Source: Patescibacteria group bacterium (GTDB taxonomy: Bacteria; Patescibacteriota; Minisyncoccia; Ryanbacterales; GWA2-47-10b). From it: a stretch of 64,000 nt of DNA. Shown here piece after piece: positions 19,421 to 28,127 of this stretch. The DNA lies in NCBI GenBank assembly GCA_038065475.1, contig JBBTQY010000015.1, forward strand, positions 6,608 to 70,607, written 5' to 3'. Positions within the stretch are counted from its first letter, which is position 1, and every line of letters starts with the position of its first letter. The notes below the pieces were generated by a model. It was not told the DNA's origin. It ran no database searches and was given only the letters and a program-made list of their open reading frames with translations. Made by a program: the position numbers and the translations under genes.

Positions 19421-19765
19421 ATGACACGCGTAAAACGAGGTGTCGGCGCGCTCAAACGTCGCCGATCCGTCCTCAAACAAACCAAGGGATTTCGCTGGCA
19501 GCGCAGCAAAAAAGAGCGCGCCGCTAAAGAAGCCCTGCTCCACGCCTATACCCACTCATTCCAAGACCGCAGAAAGAAAAAGCGCGTTATGCGCAAGACC
19601 TGGAATGTAAAGATTAGTGCAGCAGCAAAGGGCTCGGGTACCTCCTACAGCAAGCTGATGGGAGCGCTCAAAAAAGCAGATATCAAGATTGATCGCAAGA
19701 TCCTCTCGACACTTGCCGAACATCACCCAAAGGCATTCGACGCAGTCCTCGCCCAGGTAAAATAG
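19421..19765 (+). CDS. rplT: 50S ribosomal protein L20
   Basis: MTRVKRGVGALKRRRSVLKQTKGFRWQRSK... is the canonical L20 N-terminus. Confidence 0.85.
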   Translation: MTRVKRGVGALKRRRSVLKQTKGFRWQRSKKERAAKEALLHAYTHSFQDRRKKKRVMRKTWNVKISAAAKGSGTSYSKLMGALKKADIKIDRKILSTLAEHHPKAFDAVLAQVK

Positions 19766-19768
19766 AGC

Positions 19769-19812
19769 TCAAACAAAAAATCCCCGTACGGGGATTTTTT
19801 GTTTGGTTTAAC
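19769..19812. terminator. Bidirectional terminator (rplT / zupT)
   Basis: aaaaaatccccgtacggggatttttt is a perfect hairpin flanked by A and T runs. Confidence 0.6.
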
Positions 19813-19820
19813 TCTATCTC

Positions 19821-20555
19821 CTATTCGTGGACAAATATGCCTACGGTCATGACGAGAAATACACCCGCTAAAATAAGCGCAATTTGCATGATTGACGAGC
19901 GTGAACCGTGCTTGTGATGCAGCTCGGGGATGAGATCTGCTGCCGCTACATACAGGAAATTACCCGCAACAAGCGCTAAGAGCACGCCTATATAGCCGAC
20001 TGAAACAGTCAGATAATACCCAATGATGGCACCCACCACTGTCGTGACTGATACCACGGTATTCCAAAACAAAGCTCGCTTGCGGCTAAACCCGCCGTGC
20101 AGCATGACCGCAAAGTCACTTGCCTCCTGGGGAATCTCGTGCAGAATAACCGCGATTGCCGCAAGAATGCCCGTAGGAAATCCTGCGCTAAAGGCAAACG
20201 CGATAAATATGCCGTCAATAAAGTTATGAATGGCATCACCAATGAGCACTAGATACGCAGACGCATGCGTCTCGCACACGCCGTCATGGCAATGGTACCA
20301 GAAAAGGAGCTTTTCGAGCACAAAGAAGGCAAGAAACCCACCGAGTACCCATGGCAATGCCGCCTCGGGCGCTAAAAACTCAAAAGTTTCGGGCAAAATA
20401 TCAAAAAAGACCGTACCGAGCATCACACCCACGGCAAAGCTGATAACCCAGTGCACCACACGCATCATACGCTTTTCGTTGAGAATAACGGCAACCCCGG
20501 CTAGAAACGATACGAGAGCCTCGGCGATACTCGCCAAAAGAATAGATAGAAACAT
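19821..20555 (-). CDS. zupT: ZIP family metal transporter
   Basis: About 8 transmembrane helices carrying HNFIDG and HEIPQE motifs. Confidence 0.8.
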   Translation of the reverse strand: MFLSILLASIAEALVSFLAGVAVILNEKRMMRVVHWVISFAVGVMLGTVFFDILPETFEFLAPEAALPWVLGGFLAFFVLEKLLFWYHCHDGVCETHASAYLVLIGDAIHNFIDGIFIAFAFSAGFPTGILAAIAVILHEIPQEASDFAVMLHGGFSRKRALFWNTVVSVTTVVGAIIGYYLTVSVGYIGVLLALVAGNFLYVAAADLIPELHHKHGSRSSIMQIALILAGVFLVMTVGIFVHE

Positions 20556-20559
20556 GATT

Positions 20560-21036
20560 TTATGATACCAAAGGCGGCTTCTTTTCGCCCATGCGCATTA
20601 TTTTAAGGTTTGCTTTCTTCAAAAGCTCTCGGCTATTTTTGTGTTTGATAATTTTCATTGCCTTTTCATAGGGCGCCCAAACAAAATTCTTGTGTTCTTC
20701 CGATATTTTGATAGTGCGTCCAAAAACTTCACCTAAATAAAAGGTGATAAATTTAAGTCGTTGCTCAGCCCCTTCAGTTTTCGGTGGCCATTGATAGCGG
20801 AAATGAATCGTTTCTTTGTATCCGGGGATAAATTTCACACGCGAGATACCCGTCTCTTCCTCGATCTCACGACGAGCCGCATCAATAGGTCGCTCGCCTT
20901 CCTCAAGCCGTCCGCGTGGAAACGTCCAGTGATTGCGCGTCGCATACTGAAGAAGCACGTACCAGACGCGCCCACCCTGCCGCCGGAACAAGATCGCTCC
21001 CGCGGATCGCTCAACTTTCACATCTTTATCTGTCAT
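20560..21036 (-). CDS. NUDIX hydrolase
   Basis: The Nudix box GRLEEGERPIDAARREIEEETG is present. Confidence 0.8.
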   Translation of the reverse strand: MTDKDVKVERSAGAILFRRQGGRVWYVLLQYATRNHWTFPRGRLEEGERPIDAARREIEEETGISRVKFIPGYKETIHFRYQWPPKTEGAEQRLKFITFYLGEVFGRTIKISEEHKNFVWAPYEKAMKIIKHKNSRELLKKANLKIMRMGEKKPPLVS

Positions 21037-22757
21037 AAGAGATGACGCTTTTGTTTTGGAGTCGCCAAAAACTTCTGTAACGCCGGCAATGCAAGCGTGT
21101 TAAGAACACGGTTTTTGGGAAGCCCTGCGCGTCGCGCTTGTCCTATACCATACTCCAAATACGAGAGTTCTGCAAGCGAATGAGCATCGGTATCAATACT
21201 AAACATCGCACCCGCATCTACTCCGCGCCTTATATGATCATCTTTCAAATCAAGTCGCCATGGATGCGCGTCGATCTCTAAAACCGTGTGAGTTGAAATT
21301 GCATATGTGATGATACGATCAATATCAACTGCATACGGGTCTCTTTTTTTAAGAACGCGTCCAGTCGGATGAAATAAAATATCAACGTGTGGATTCGACA
21401 TTACGCGCATGATGCGTTCTGTCTGTTCTGACTCTGATAAATTAAAATGCGAATGAACCGCGGCACCTACGATATCAAGTTCGGCGAGCACCTCATCAGA
21501 AATATCGAGCGAGCCATCTTTCATAATATTTACTTCCGCACCCTTCAAGATCGTGATGCCGGATATTTTTTTATTGAGCAAATCAATCTCGCGCATTTGA
21601 CGACACAATTTTTTTTCATCTGATCCGCCCGTCATCGCCAAGCTACGCGTATGATCAGTGATCGCAATATACTCATGGCCCAAGCGCTTGGCTTCACGCA
21701 CCATCGCCTCGAGTGAGTCTGTGCCATCCGTCCAATCTGTTTGTGTTTGAAAATCCCCCCGCAAGTCGTTAAAGCTAATTAAGTTTTTCGGCGGAGGTAT
21801 AATTTTGTCGCCTTCGCGTAACTCGGGCGGCGGCATTACGATACCGAGCGCATCGTATACTTCTTCCTCTGTTGCACCCGCAATCATACGCGTACCACGA
21901 TACAATCCGTATTCATTGAGTTTTAATTTTTTCTTGAGTGCGAGTGACCGCAAAACCACATTGTGTTCTTTCGAACCGGTAAAATAAATGAGTGCGGCCC
22001 CAAAAGATTTTTTGGGCAACACACGTACATCGACATCGATACCGTCTTTCAGATGCACCGAGCTCTTGGTCTCGCCGTGCGCGATGATATGTGCCACATC
22101 TTCGCGCACAACAAACGCGCTCATCACACTATCTGCATTTGTAGCTTCTACTAAAATATCAATGTCGCCCGATGTCTCGCGCCACCGTCTAATCGACCCC
22201 GCAATCTCTACGCGTGAGACACCCTTGATGTTTCGTAAATCGTCGGTAATGCGTCGTGCAATCGGCAATGCCTCCCCCAACAAAAATCTTCCGCGTGAGG
22301 ATTCAAAAAATTCGATACCTTTTAAAATCTTCTCCTCTGATTTCAAACCAAATTTTTCAAGCTTGCGAATTTTGCCCGCGAGCGCTGCTCGCTTGAGACT
22401 TGCTACATCTTTTACTTTTAATTTTTCATAAAGTGTTTTTATCGCTTTAGGACCAATACCCTCGATGCTTCGCAACTCCTGCATATTGACCGGCATTTTT
22501 TTTCGCATAGCATCTAACTCGCGCACGCGACCAGTCTTCAAAAATTCTTCGATTGTTTGAGCAATACCTTTGCCAATACCAGAAATTTCTTCGAGAGCTT
22601 TTGTGCCGCCATTTTTATAAATCCCTCGCACATCGCCATCGAAGCTTGAGAGTGTCTCAGCTACTTTTTCGTACGCACGCGCTTTAAACGGTTCATTGAA
22701 TACCGTAAAATACTCGGCTATCGCAAACAGTATATCTAAAATATCCTTATTCTTCAT
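21033..22757 (-). CDS. polX: DNA polymerase X family protein with a C-terminal PHP domain
   Basis: The N-terminus has HhH / Pol-beta-like motifs (GIGKGIAQTIEEFLKTG; GIGPKAIK) with a GDIDILV nucleotidyltransferase motif, followed by a PHP histidinol-phosphatase-like domain. Confidence 0.8.
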   Translation of the reverse strand: MKNKDILDILFAIAEYFTVFNEPFKARAYEKVAETLSSFDGDVRGIYKNGGTKALEEISGIGKGIAQTIEEFLKTGRVRELDAMRKKMPVNMQELRSIEGIGPKAIKTLYEKLKVKDVASLKRAALAGKIRKLEKFGLKSEEKILKGIEFFESSRGRFLLGEALPIARRITDDLRNIKGVSRVEIAGSIRRWRETSGDIDILVEATNADSVMSAFVVREDVAHIIAHGETKSSVHLKDGIDVDVRVLPKKSFGAALIYFTGSKEHNVVLRSLALKKKLKLNEYGLYRGTRMIAGATEEEVYDALGIVMPPPELREGDKIIPPPKNLISFNDLRGDFQTQTDWTDGTDSLEAMVREAKRLGHEYIAITDHTRSLAMTGGSDEKKLCRQMREIDLLNKKISGITILKGAEVNIMKDGSLDISDEVLAELDIVGAAVHSHFNLSESEQTERIMRVMSNPHVDILFHPTGRVLKKRDPYAVDIDRIITYAISTHTVLEIDAHPWRLDLKDDHIRRGVDAGAMFSIDTDAHSLAELSYLEYGIGQARRAGLPKNRVLNTLALPALQKFLATPKQKRHLL

Positions 22758-23019
22758 AGCGTATATGTATAGTATAGCGCGCGTAAAAGTTTTCCACAGT
22801 GAGACGTATCATAAAAAAATTTTACGCCTTATACTTATACCAGATCCTAAGAGCATCGAAATTCAGAGAAGAGCGAGGCCAGCGTAATGGTCACCACCGA
22901 CATTGACACTCACGTGTCACCACCACACCTCTCCCTTCCTTGCAGTTTTCCTGCTCCACGCAACTTGCACAATTTTCTCTTCGCACATGGCCCGTCCTCA
23001 CAGACGGGCCCGAATGCTT

Positions 23020-24027
23020 TTATACCAAATTTTTATTTATAAAATTTTCAATCCTTCCTTTAAGTTTCTGAGTGTTACCATGGCTTATCATTCCTAAATA
23101 TGACTGTATTGTTTCTCTTTTATGGTGACTCGCATTGATACCACGAAATATTCTCTTTTTTGTAGTCGTTCTCAATACTCGGTAATCGGGGAAATGCGTC
23201 CAGCCGAGGAAATCGACACCCGATGCAAAAGTAGTTATTGATACCTTATCAGGATGTAATTGGAGTTTCAATCGCTCCTGTAAAAAATTGCTAATATGAT
23301 TCAAAATATTTTCAAGCCATTCTTTATTTTGCGATAGGATAACAAAATCATCAGCATATCGGATATAATATTCAGCTTTTAGTTTATGTTTCATAAACTG
23401 ATCAAACTCGTTCATATAAATATTTACGAGAAGCTGACTCGTGAGATTACCGAGCGGCAAACCAACGCCTATTCGTGTTGAGTGAAAGCTGGACACAACA
23501 TGCGAGACGAGCCGAACAACGTCTTTGTCAAAAATATACCCATCGACGATTTCCAAAAGTATTTTTTGATCTATCGAGGCAAAAAACTTTCGGATATCGC
23601 ATTTAAGAACCCAGACTGTTTTGGTATGATTTTTTGATACTCTTCCGGCAAAAGCGCGAAACCCGTTCATCGCCCTATGCGTTCCTTTGCCTTTCCTACA
23701 TGAATATGAATCAGCGACAAATGTTTTATCAAAAAATGGATAGAGCGCCCTATATAAAACGTGATGCAACAGTCTGTCTCGAACACATGCCTTGTGAATA
23801 TTGCGAGGTTTTGGATCGGAAATATTAAACGCGTGGTACCCTCCATGCCTGTATGTTTTGTTTTTCAAATCGTCGTGGAGAGATTGTATGTTATCCGATA
23901 ATCTATACCGAAACGCCTGAACATCTTTTCTGTTCCTTTTGCCCTTCAAAAACTCCCGCCAAGCCGCAAGCAAATTTTCTTTGGAAATGATATCATCGTA
24001 CGTATGAATAAATTGCTTGCGACCCAT
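23020..24027 (-). CDS. Diversity-generating retroelement (DGR) reverse transcriptase
   Basis: The ORF is 335 aa. It has RT motifs, including YADDFVIL, and a motif-4 variant LPLGNLTSQLLVNIY ([I/L]GxxxSQ), which is characteristic of DGR RTs rather than group II intron or retron RTs. It has no maturase/X domain. A TR/VR pair lies 0.4-1 kb away. Confidence 0.8.
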   Translation of the reverse strand: MGRKQFIHTYDDIISKENLLAAWREFLKGKRNRKDVQAFRYRLSDNIQSLHDDLKNKTYRHGGYHAFNISDPKPRNIHKACVRDRLLHHVLYRALYPFFDKTFVADSYSCRKGKGTHRAMNGFRAFAGRVSKNHTKTVWVLKCDIRKFFASIDQKILLEIVDGYIFDKDVVRLVSHVVSSFHSTRIGVGLPLGNLTSQLLVNIYMNEFDQFMKHKLKAEYYIRYADDFVILSQNKEWLENILNHISNFLQERLKLQLHPDKVSITTFASGVDFLGWTHFPDYRVLRTTTKKRIFRGINASHHKRETIQSYLGMISHGNTQKLKGRIENFINKNLV

Positions 24028-24424
24028 ACTCCTGAAAGTACCCCCCCCCCGCCCAACTTCGCAACCAAAACTGATCCCGGTTGTCTTAAAACTAAAAGAC
24101 GCCTACGGACTTTGGCAAAAATATCTTGCTGACTTTCCCAAACAAAATCGCTACACACTCGGCTCTAAAATAGATGATTTATTTCTTACGTCCATTGAGT
24201 ATTGTTTTTTAGCGAGCTACGCATCAAAAGATACAAAGATTGGACTTCTTGATCGAGCTATCTCTCGAGTAGATCTTCTAAAGCTTCTTTTGCAACTGGC
24301 ATGGGAAGTACGCGCACTCGATAGCAAAAAATATGTACATCTTGGTGAACGTCTTGTAGAAGTTGGGAGAATGTTGGGCGGTTGGAGAAAGGGCTTACTA
24401 TCAAAAACTCCCACCTCGAAGTAA
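24017..24424 (+). CDS. avd: DGR accessory variability determinant (Avd-like four-helix-bundle protein), encoded on the strand opposite to the RT, TR and target gene
   Basis: The segment ...LKDAYGLWQKYLADFPKQNRYTLGSKIDDL...LGERLVEVGRMLGGWRK matches the Avd / 23S-IVS four-helix-bundle pattern (cf. Bordetella phage Avd ...IAEVGRILGSWIA). Only a TTG start (24017) is in frame. A C10 tract at 24041-24050 lies inside its 5' end. Confidence 0.6.
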   Translation: MRPILLKVPPPRPTSQPKLIPVVLKLKDAYGLWQKYLADFPKQNRYTLGSKIDDLFLTSIEYCFLASYASKDTKIGLLDRAISRVDLLKLLLQLAWEVRALDSKKYVHLGERLVEVGRMLGGWRKGLLSKTPTSK

Positions 24425-24438
24425 GGCGGGAGAAACGC

Positions 24439-24556
24439 GGGAGTTGCTTGAGAAAACACGATTGCCGGCATTCCAGCGATTGTCGTTCTGCGGGTTGGCG
24501 TTCACGTTCCACTTCTCGTCGTCGGAGTTCCAGTTGACGTTGACCGTGAAGATCTC
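24439..24556 (-). repeat. DGR template repeat (TR)
   Basis: An approximately 117-nt segment is near-identical to the VR at 24948-25064. All of the roughly 22-25 mismatches have T on the plus strand (= A on the minus strand) in the TR, against various bases in the VR. A 2-nt indel sits near the 5' end. Confidence 0.8.
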
Positions 24557-24914
24557 GGTTGTAATGTGGCCACCATCATCTTTACCACCGCCCATCGAAT
24601 ACTCTCCGGGTTGTATCAAACATGGGACATCGAAGTCCGCCAATGGTAGCCACCAACTGCTGTTGTTTTTTAAGAATACGCTAAACATACTCTCGCAAAA
24701 GCCGTAGCCTTGACAATCCTGATGCTTAGTATATTAAAGCCCTCTGCCCAAGCCGTAACCGGAGCAATACAAAAACTTCATTATCTAGATTAGCAAAAAT
24801 TATAAAAACAGAGAATAAATCAGTATAACAAAAACGGTCCCCTGAACCCTTCGGCATGCGCCAAAGAGTCCAAGGGACCGAGAGCCCAAGTGCGCAAGGG
24901 CTCTGTTGCGAGGA

Positions 24915-25565
24915 TCAGCCCGCCTGCGCTGAAGCTTCGGCGGGCAAGCAGTTGCTGGAGAAAACACGATAGCCGGCAACCCAGCGACGGTCGAGCCGCG
25001 GGTAGGCGCGCACGCACCACTCCCCGCCGTCGGAGTTCCAGCGGACGCTGACCGCGAAGACCTCGGCGTTGACCCCACGAACATAGAAGATGTTCGCGTA
25101 ACCGTTTGCGAGGAGCGCGCCTGCGCGACCTTTCGGCTGGCGCAAAATCATGCCTGCGAGGTAGGCCGAGAATGCGAAGGCGTTCTCGAAGACGTGATGC
25201 TCGGGAAGCTCTCTCCTGATCTCCGCGTCGTTTGCGGGCTTTGCGAGATCGAACGAGATGGCCTTTATCGCAGGAAGCGACTCGACTGGCCTTGCGGCCG
25301 GGAGAATCCGGTCTCGAAAACCGTCCCACACGTAAAGACTTTCGCGCGTCTTGTAGAATGCGGCCGGGTCGAAGGCATCGGGACGGGCGGGGAGGGTGAT
25401 CTCACCCACGCGCGCCAACCTCTTGACCATGTTGACCACCCACTCCCCTGCATTGACGCGGCGAACCGCCTCGTTGGGATCGGTGATGCCCATCTGCGCC
25501 ATGAGGTTCTTGACGAGCGCGTTAAGTCTCCCAGGCAGGACGTCACTGATTGCGAAGTCTGACAT
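24915..25565 (-). CDS. DGR target protein. Its C-terminal region is likely a C-type-lectin / FGE-like fold carrying the VR. No signal peptide is evident.
   Basis: The ORF is 216 aa with an AAGGAG RBS 8 nt upstream. Its last 49 codons hold the VR. It is GC-rich (unlike the RT and avd). The final 9 codons form a GC hairpin. Confidence 0.7.
   Translation of the reverse strand: MSDFAISDVLPGRLNALVKNLMAQMGITDPNEAVRRVNAGEWVVNMVKRLARVGEITLPARPDAFDPAAFYKTRESLYVWDGFRDRILPAARPVESLPAIKAISFDLAKPANDAEIRRELPEHHVFENAFAFSAYLAGMILRQPKGRAGALLANGYANIFYVRGVNAEVFAVSVRWNSDGGEWCVRAYPRLDRRWVAGYRVFSSNCLPAEASAQAG
24918..24945 (-). other. GC-rich hairpin immediately 3' of the VR (candidate DGR homing hairpin/cruciform)
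   Basis: GCCCGCC-(14 nt, containing the palindrome GAAGCTTC)-GGCGGGC. It overlaps the last 9 codons and abuts the stop codon. Confidence 0.4.
24948..25064 (-). repeat. DGR variable repeat (VR) at the 3' end of the target gene
   Basis: The VR encodes EVFAVSVRWNSDGGEWCVRAYPRLDRRWVAGYRVFSSNC. The TR-encoded counterpart is EIFTVNVNWNSDDEKWNVNANPQNDNRWNAGNRVFSSNS. The TR AAY (Asn) codons fall at the variable positions. Confidence 0.8.
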
Positions 25566-25633
25566 GATAGGTCTCCTTAGGCTTAGTTGCCCTTTCTCTC
25601 GACACCTCTCATCCGAGGCAGGAGCGTGACCGG

Positions 25634-25687
25634 CATAGTCACAGCCATAAAATACCGGGCATCCAGAATCTTATGGCTGTGACTATG
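25634..25687. promoter_or_regulatory. 17-bp perfect inverted repeat with a 20-nt loop, between udg and the DGR target gene
   Basis: catagtcacagccataa ... ttatggctgtgactatg. It is not followed by a U-run on either strand, so it looks like an operator or 5'-UTR structure rather than a terminator. Confidence 0.3.
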
Positions 25688-25803
25688 ATTTCAAGCAAAT
25701 ACTGCAAGTTAAAAAAGGAACTGCTTGCCTAGTGTACTATATTTGTCTGTATTTGTCAATACCCCGCTCCGCCTTATTTCTATCGTCTTTTCTTTACTAC
25801 TCA

Positions 25804-26430
25804 TCAAAAGAGCGAGACTTGCGGTGATTCTTCTTCGGAAGATTTTTTTGTTTCTGTAATTTCTGGTTTAATCACCTCAACTTCTCCCGAAACAACAGCT
25901 GGCAGTTTTTGAAACGTTTCTTTGAATTGATTGAGCACGGTCGTGCCGCGCAGCGCTGCTGCTGGATGAAACATCGGCATGATTTTATATTTTCCAACCG
26001 TAAAAGTTTTTCCTTGGTCACGAGAAATTTTCGCATCAGGCAAAAAATAATTCATAGCAAACCTTCCCAGTGGCACGATGATACGCGGGCTGATGATTTC
26101 GATCTGACGCGCAAGATATGGTTTATATGCCTCAATCTCTTCGGGTAATGGATCGCGGTTGTCGGGGGGTCTCCGCTTCACAATGTTCGTAATATATACT
26201 TGCTCTCTCTGCCAACCAATACTTTTAATACACTCAGTGAGTAACTCTCCTCCTCTCCCTACAAACGGACGCCCCAATCGATCTTCATGAAAACCTGGCG
26301 CTTCACCAATAAACAATACTTCTGCATCTTCGTTACCTTCGCCAAATACCAGACGAGATTCTTGTAGCGGCAACAAAGCATCCTCAATCATTTCTCGCTG
26401 GAGATCTGCGAGTAATTCTTTTTTGTTCAT
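25804..26430 (-). CDS. udg: Uracil-DNA glycosylase, family 4
   Basis: The family-4 UDG signature is present (GEAPGFHEDRLGRPFVGRGGELL...HPAAAL). Confidence 0.8.
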   Translation of the reverse strand: MNKKELLADLQREMIEDALLPLQESRLVFGEGNEDAEVLFIGEAPGFHEDRLGRPFVGRGGELLTECIKSIGWQREQVYITNIVKRRPPDNRDPLPEEIEAYKPYLARQIEIISPRIIVPLGRFAMNYFLPDAKISRDQGKTFTVGKYKIMPMFHPAAALRGTTVLNQFKETFQKLPAVVSGEVEVIKPEITETKKSSEEESPQVSLF

Positions 26431-27524
26431 AGAAATCCGGAAACGCGTATCAACTCAAAAGCAGCACCAACAATGAGTGCCGCAGCAATACCACCGGCAA
26501 CAAGTATCTGTGTACCGAGTACGCGACGTGCAAGCAAGGCAATAATTGTTCCCTCAATACCGACACCAACCGCACCGATAATATCGATAAGTAAAATAAA
26601 GCTACGCACCCCTGCAAGATAAATCACGAGCGGCACAAATGCTGTGAGCATCCACGCAATACGCGACGAACGACCAAGATCGTACTCAAATGTGTAACGC
26701 AACTCCAGCCCGAGCGCAATATACGAAGTAATCACCGCAAGAAGTCCGAGCAGCGTTCCTATGATAAATGCTCGCTCGCCAATACTTGAGGCGAGCACCG
26801 AGAGCGAATCGTGCGGAGGCAGTCCGTTTGCCAATCCAATGATCGTGATACTAAATGCGGCATAGATAAGTATCGCAATAACACCAGATACAACAATAAC
26901 GGGAAATATTTTTTTATGTGCAGATGCACCAAGAGTGTCGATGACCTCAGGGATCACTGATGCACCTGAAAGAGCAAAAAGAAAAATGCCGTACGGCAAA
27001 AACCAATCACCATTTCCACCAAACGGCACTGCAGAAAAATCAAACTGAGGCCACCATATAAAAAAGAAAATAATTGGCAAAAAAACTTCTGGCAGTGTGA
27101 GTATAAAATTGATTGAGCCAATGCGTGAAAGGCGAAAAAGAATGAGTGGTGAGATAATAACAAAAAAAGAAATGGCGAGCGCCATCTCTGAGAACGGTAA
27201 GATATGTGCAAGAAAATCACCGATGATAATGCCGTAGGCGAGCAGAAAACCCCAATAGGCAAGCAAGCGTGAAATGAGTGTTATCCAAAAACCACCCTCA
27301 CCCAAATATTGGCGCGCATATCCCGGAAGACGCGCATGTCGCTTGTCTTTTAAAATAACACCTGCGTAGAGAGCATGTGTGAGAGTAACAAGAATTAAAA
27401 CGATAACTGTATGAAAGAGTGACCATCCAATACCGGCCTTCACAATCGTATAGGGCAGGGCAAACATACCGGCACCAATAATCATGCCTGCCAAAAGCCC
27501 GACCGCCTTGAGCGTACGGAACAT
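26427..27524 (-). CDS. Amino acid permease-like membrane transporter (APC/aromatic amino acid permease superfamily)
   Basis: About 11 transmembrane helices with an N-terminal GxGxFxLP-type segment (IIGAGMFALPY). Confidence 0.55.
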   Translation of the reverse strand: MFRTLKAVGLLAGMIIGAGMFALPYTIVKAGIGWSLFHTVIVLILVTLTHALYAGVILKDKRHARLPGYARQYLGEGGFWITLISRLLAYWGFLLAYGIIIGDFLAHILPFSEMALAISFFVIISPLILFRLSRIGSINFILTLPEVFLPIIFFFIWWPQFDFSAVPFGGNGDWFLPYGIFLFALSGASVIPEVIDTLGASAHKKIFPVIVVSGVIAILIYAAFSITIIGLANGLPPHDSLSVLASSIGERAFIIGTLLGLLAVITSYIALGLELRYTFEYDLGRSSRIAWMLTAFVPLVIYLAGVRSFILLIDIIGAVGVGIEGTIIALLARRVLGTQILVAGGIAAALIVGAAFELIRVSGFL

Positions 27525-27533
27525 AGAAGATTT

Positions 27534-28115
27534 TTAAACCTCGTCTACTTTTTCTCGCTCAAGAATCGCTACAAGTTTTGCAATCAATTCTTTTGGATCG
27601 TCGGAAAAAACAACAAAAGGATTGTCTTTTGCTCGATGTGACTCTTTGATTACTTGTTCAATCATATCTGTCGTACCGCCAGTATTGGTCAGTACCCCGA
27701 TAGGCTTTTTATCTTCGAAGGCAACGGTAAACTCATTGAGTGTGCCAATACGGCCGCAGCCTACAATAACGGCATCGGTCGAGCGTGTCAGTAATAGATT
27801 GCGCCCTGACATGCCGGCTCCGGTATAGATAATGACATCAAGATAGTCGAGAGGGAGGTTGAAAAAATCGCGATGCTCTTTTTCGGTAGCTGCAGGCGAG
27901 ATGCCGATAGTCATTCCTCCTGCTTCTTTAGCACCAATCGCCGCCCAATACGGAAAACCGGTAGTGGCACCATTAACGAGTGTCGCGCCCATGGTTGCTA
28001 TCTCGCGGCCAAGAGCCTTTGCCTTATCGAGTGCATCTGTCGAACAATGACCTGTCTCTGCCGCCCCCGATACGCAAAACTTGAGTCTCAGATGATTGTG
28101 TGCGGGTTTATTCAT
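27534..28115 (-). CDS. LOG-family / TIGR00725-like Rossmann-fold protein (lysine-decarboxylase-like)
   Basis: The pattern GxGxxG...PGGxGTxxE is present (GISPAATEKEH...GCGRIGTLNEF). Confidence 0.55.
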   Translation of the reverse strand: MNKPAHNHLRLKFCVSGAAETGHCSTDALDKAKALGREIATMGATLVNGATTGFPYWAAIGAKEAGGMTIGISPAATEKEHRDFFNLPLDYLDVIIYTGAGMSGRNLLLTRSTDAVIVGCGRIGTLNEFTVAFEDKKPIGVLTNTGGTTDMIEQVIKESHRAKDNPFVVFSDDPKELIAKLVAILEREKVDEV

Positions 28116-28127
28116 AACTCAAGAATA

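Noticed and set aside
22758-23019. Possible ncRNA or intron remnant downstream of the RT (ggcccgtc-ctcaca-gacgggcc hairpin; repeated gtcaccacc)
   Set aside because: Only a short hairpin with no flanking U-run. There is insufficient evidence for a structured RNA.
23020-24027. Group II intron or retron reverse transcriptase
   Set aside because: It has no maturase/X or endonuclease domain and no intron domain V/VI structures nearby. The SQ motif-4 variant and the adjacent TR/VR pair argue for a DGR RT.
24363-24707. ORFs 24363..24707 (plus) and 24401..24688 (minus) covering the TR
   Set aside because: The region is the DGR template repeat. The Asn-rich minus-frame translation simply mirrors the VR-encoded sequence and is unlikely to be an expressed protein.
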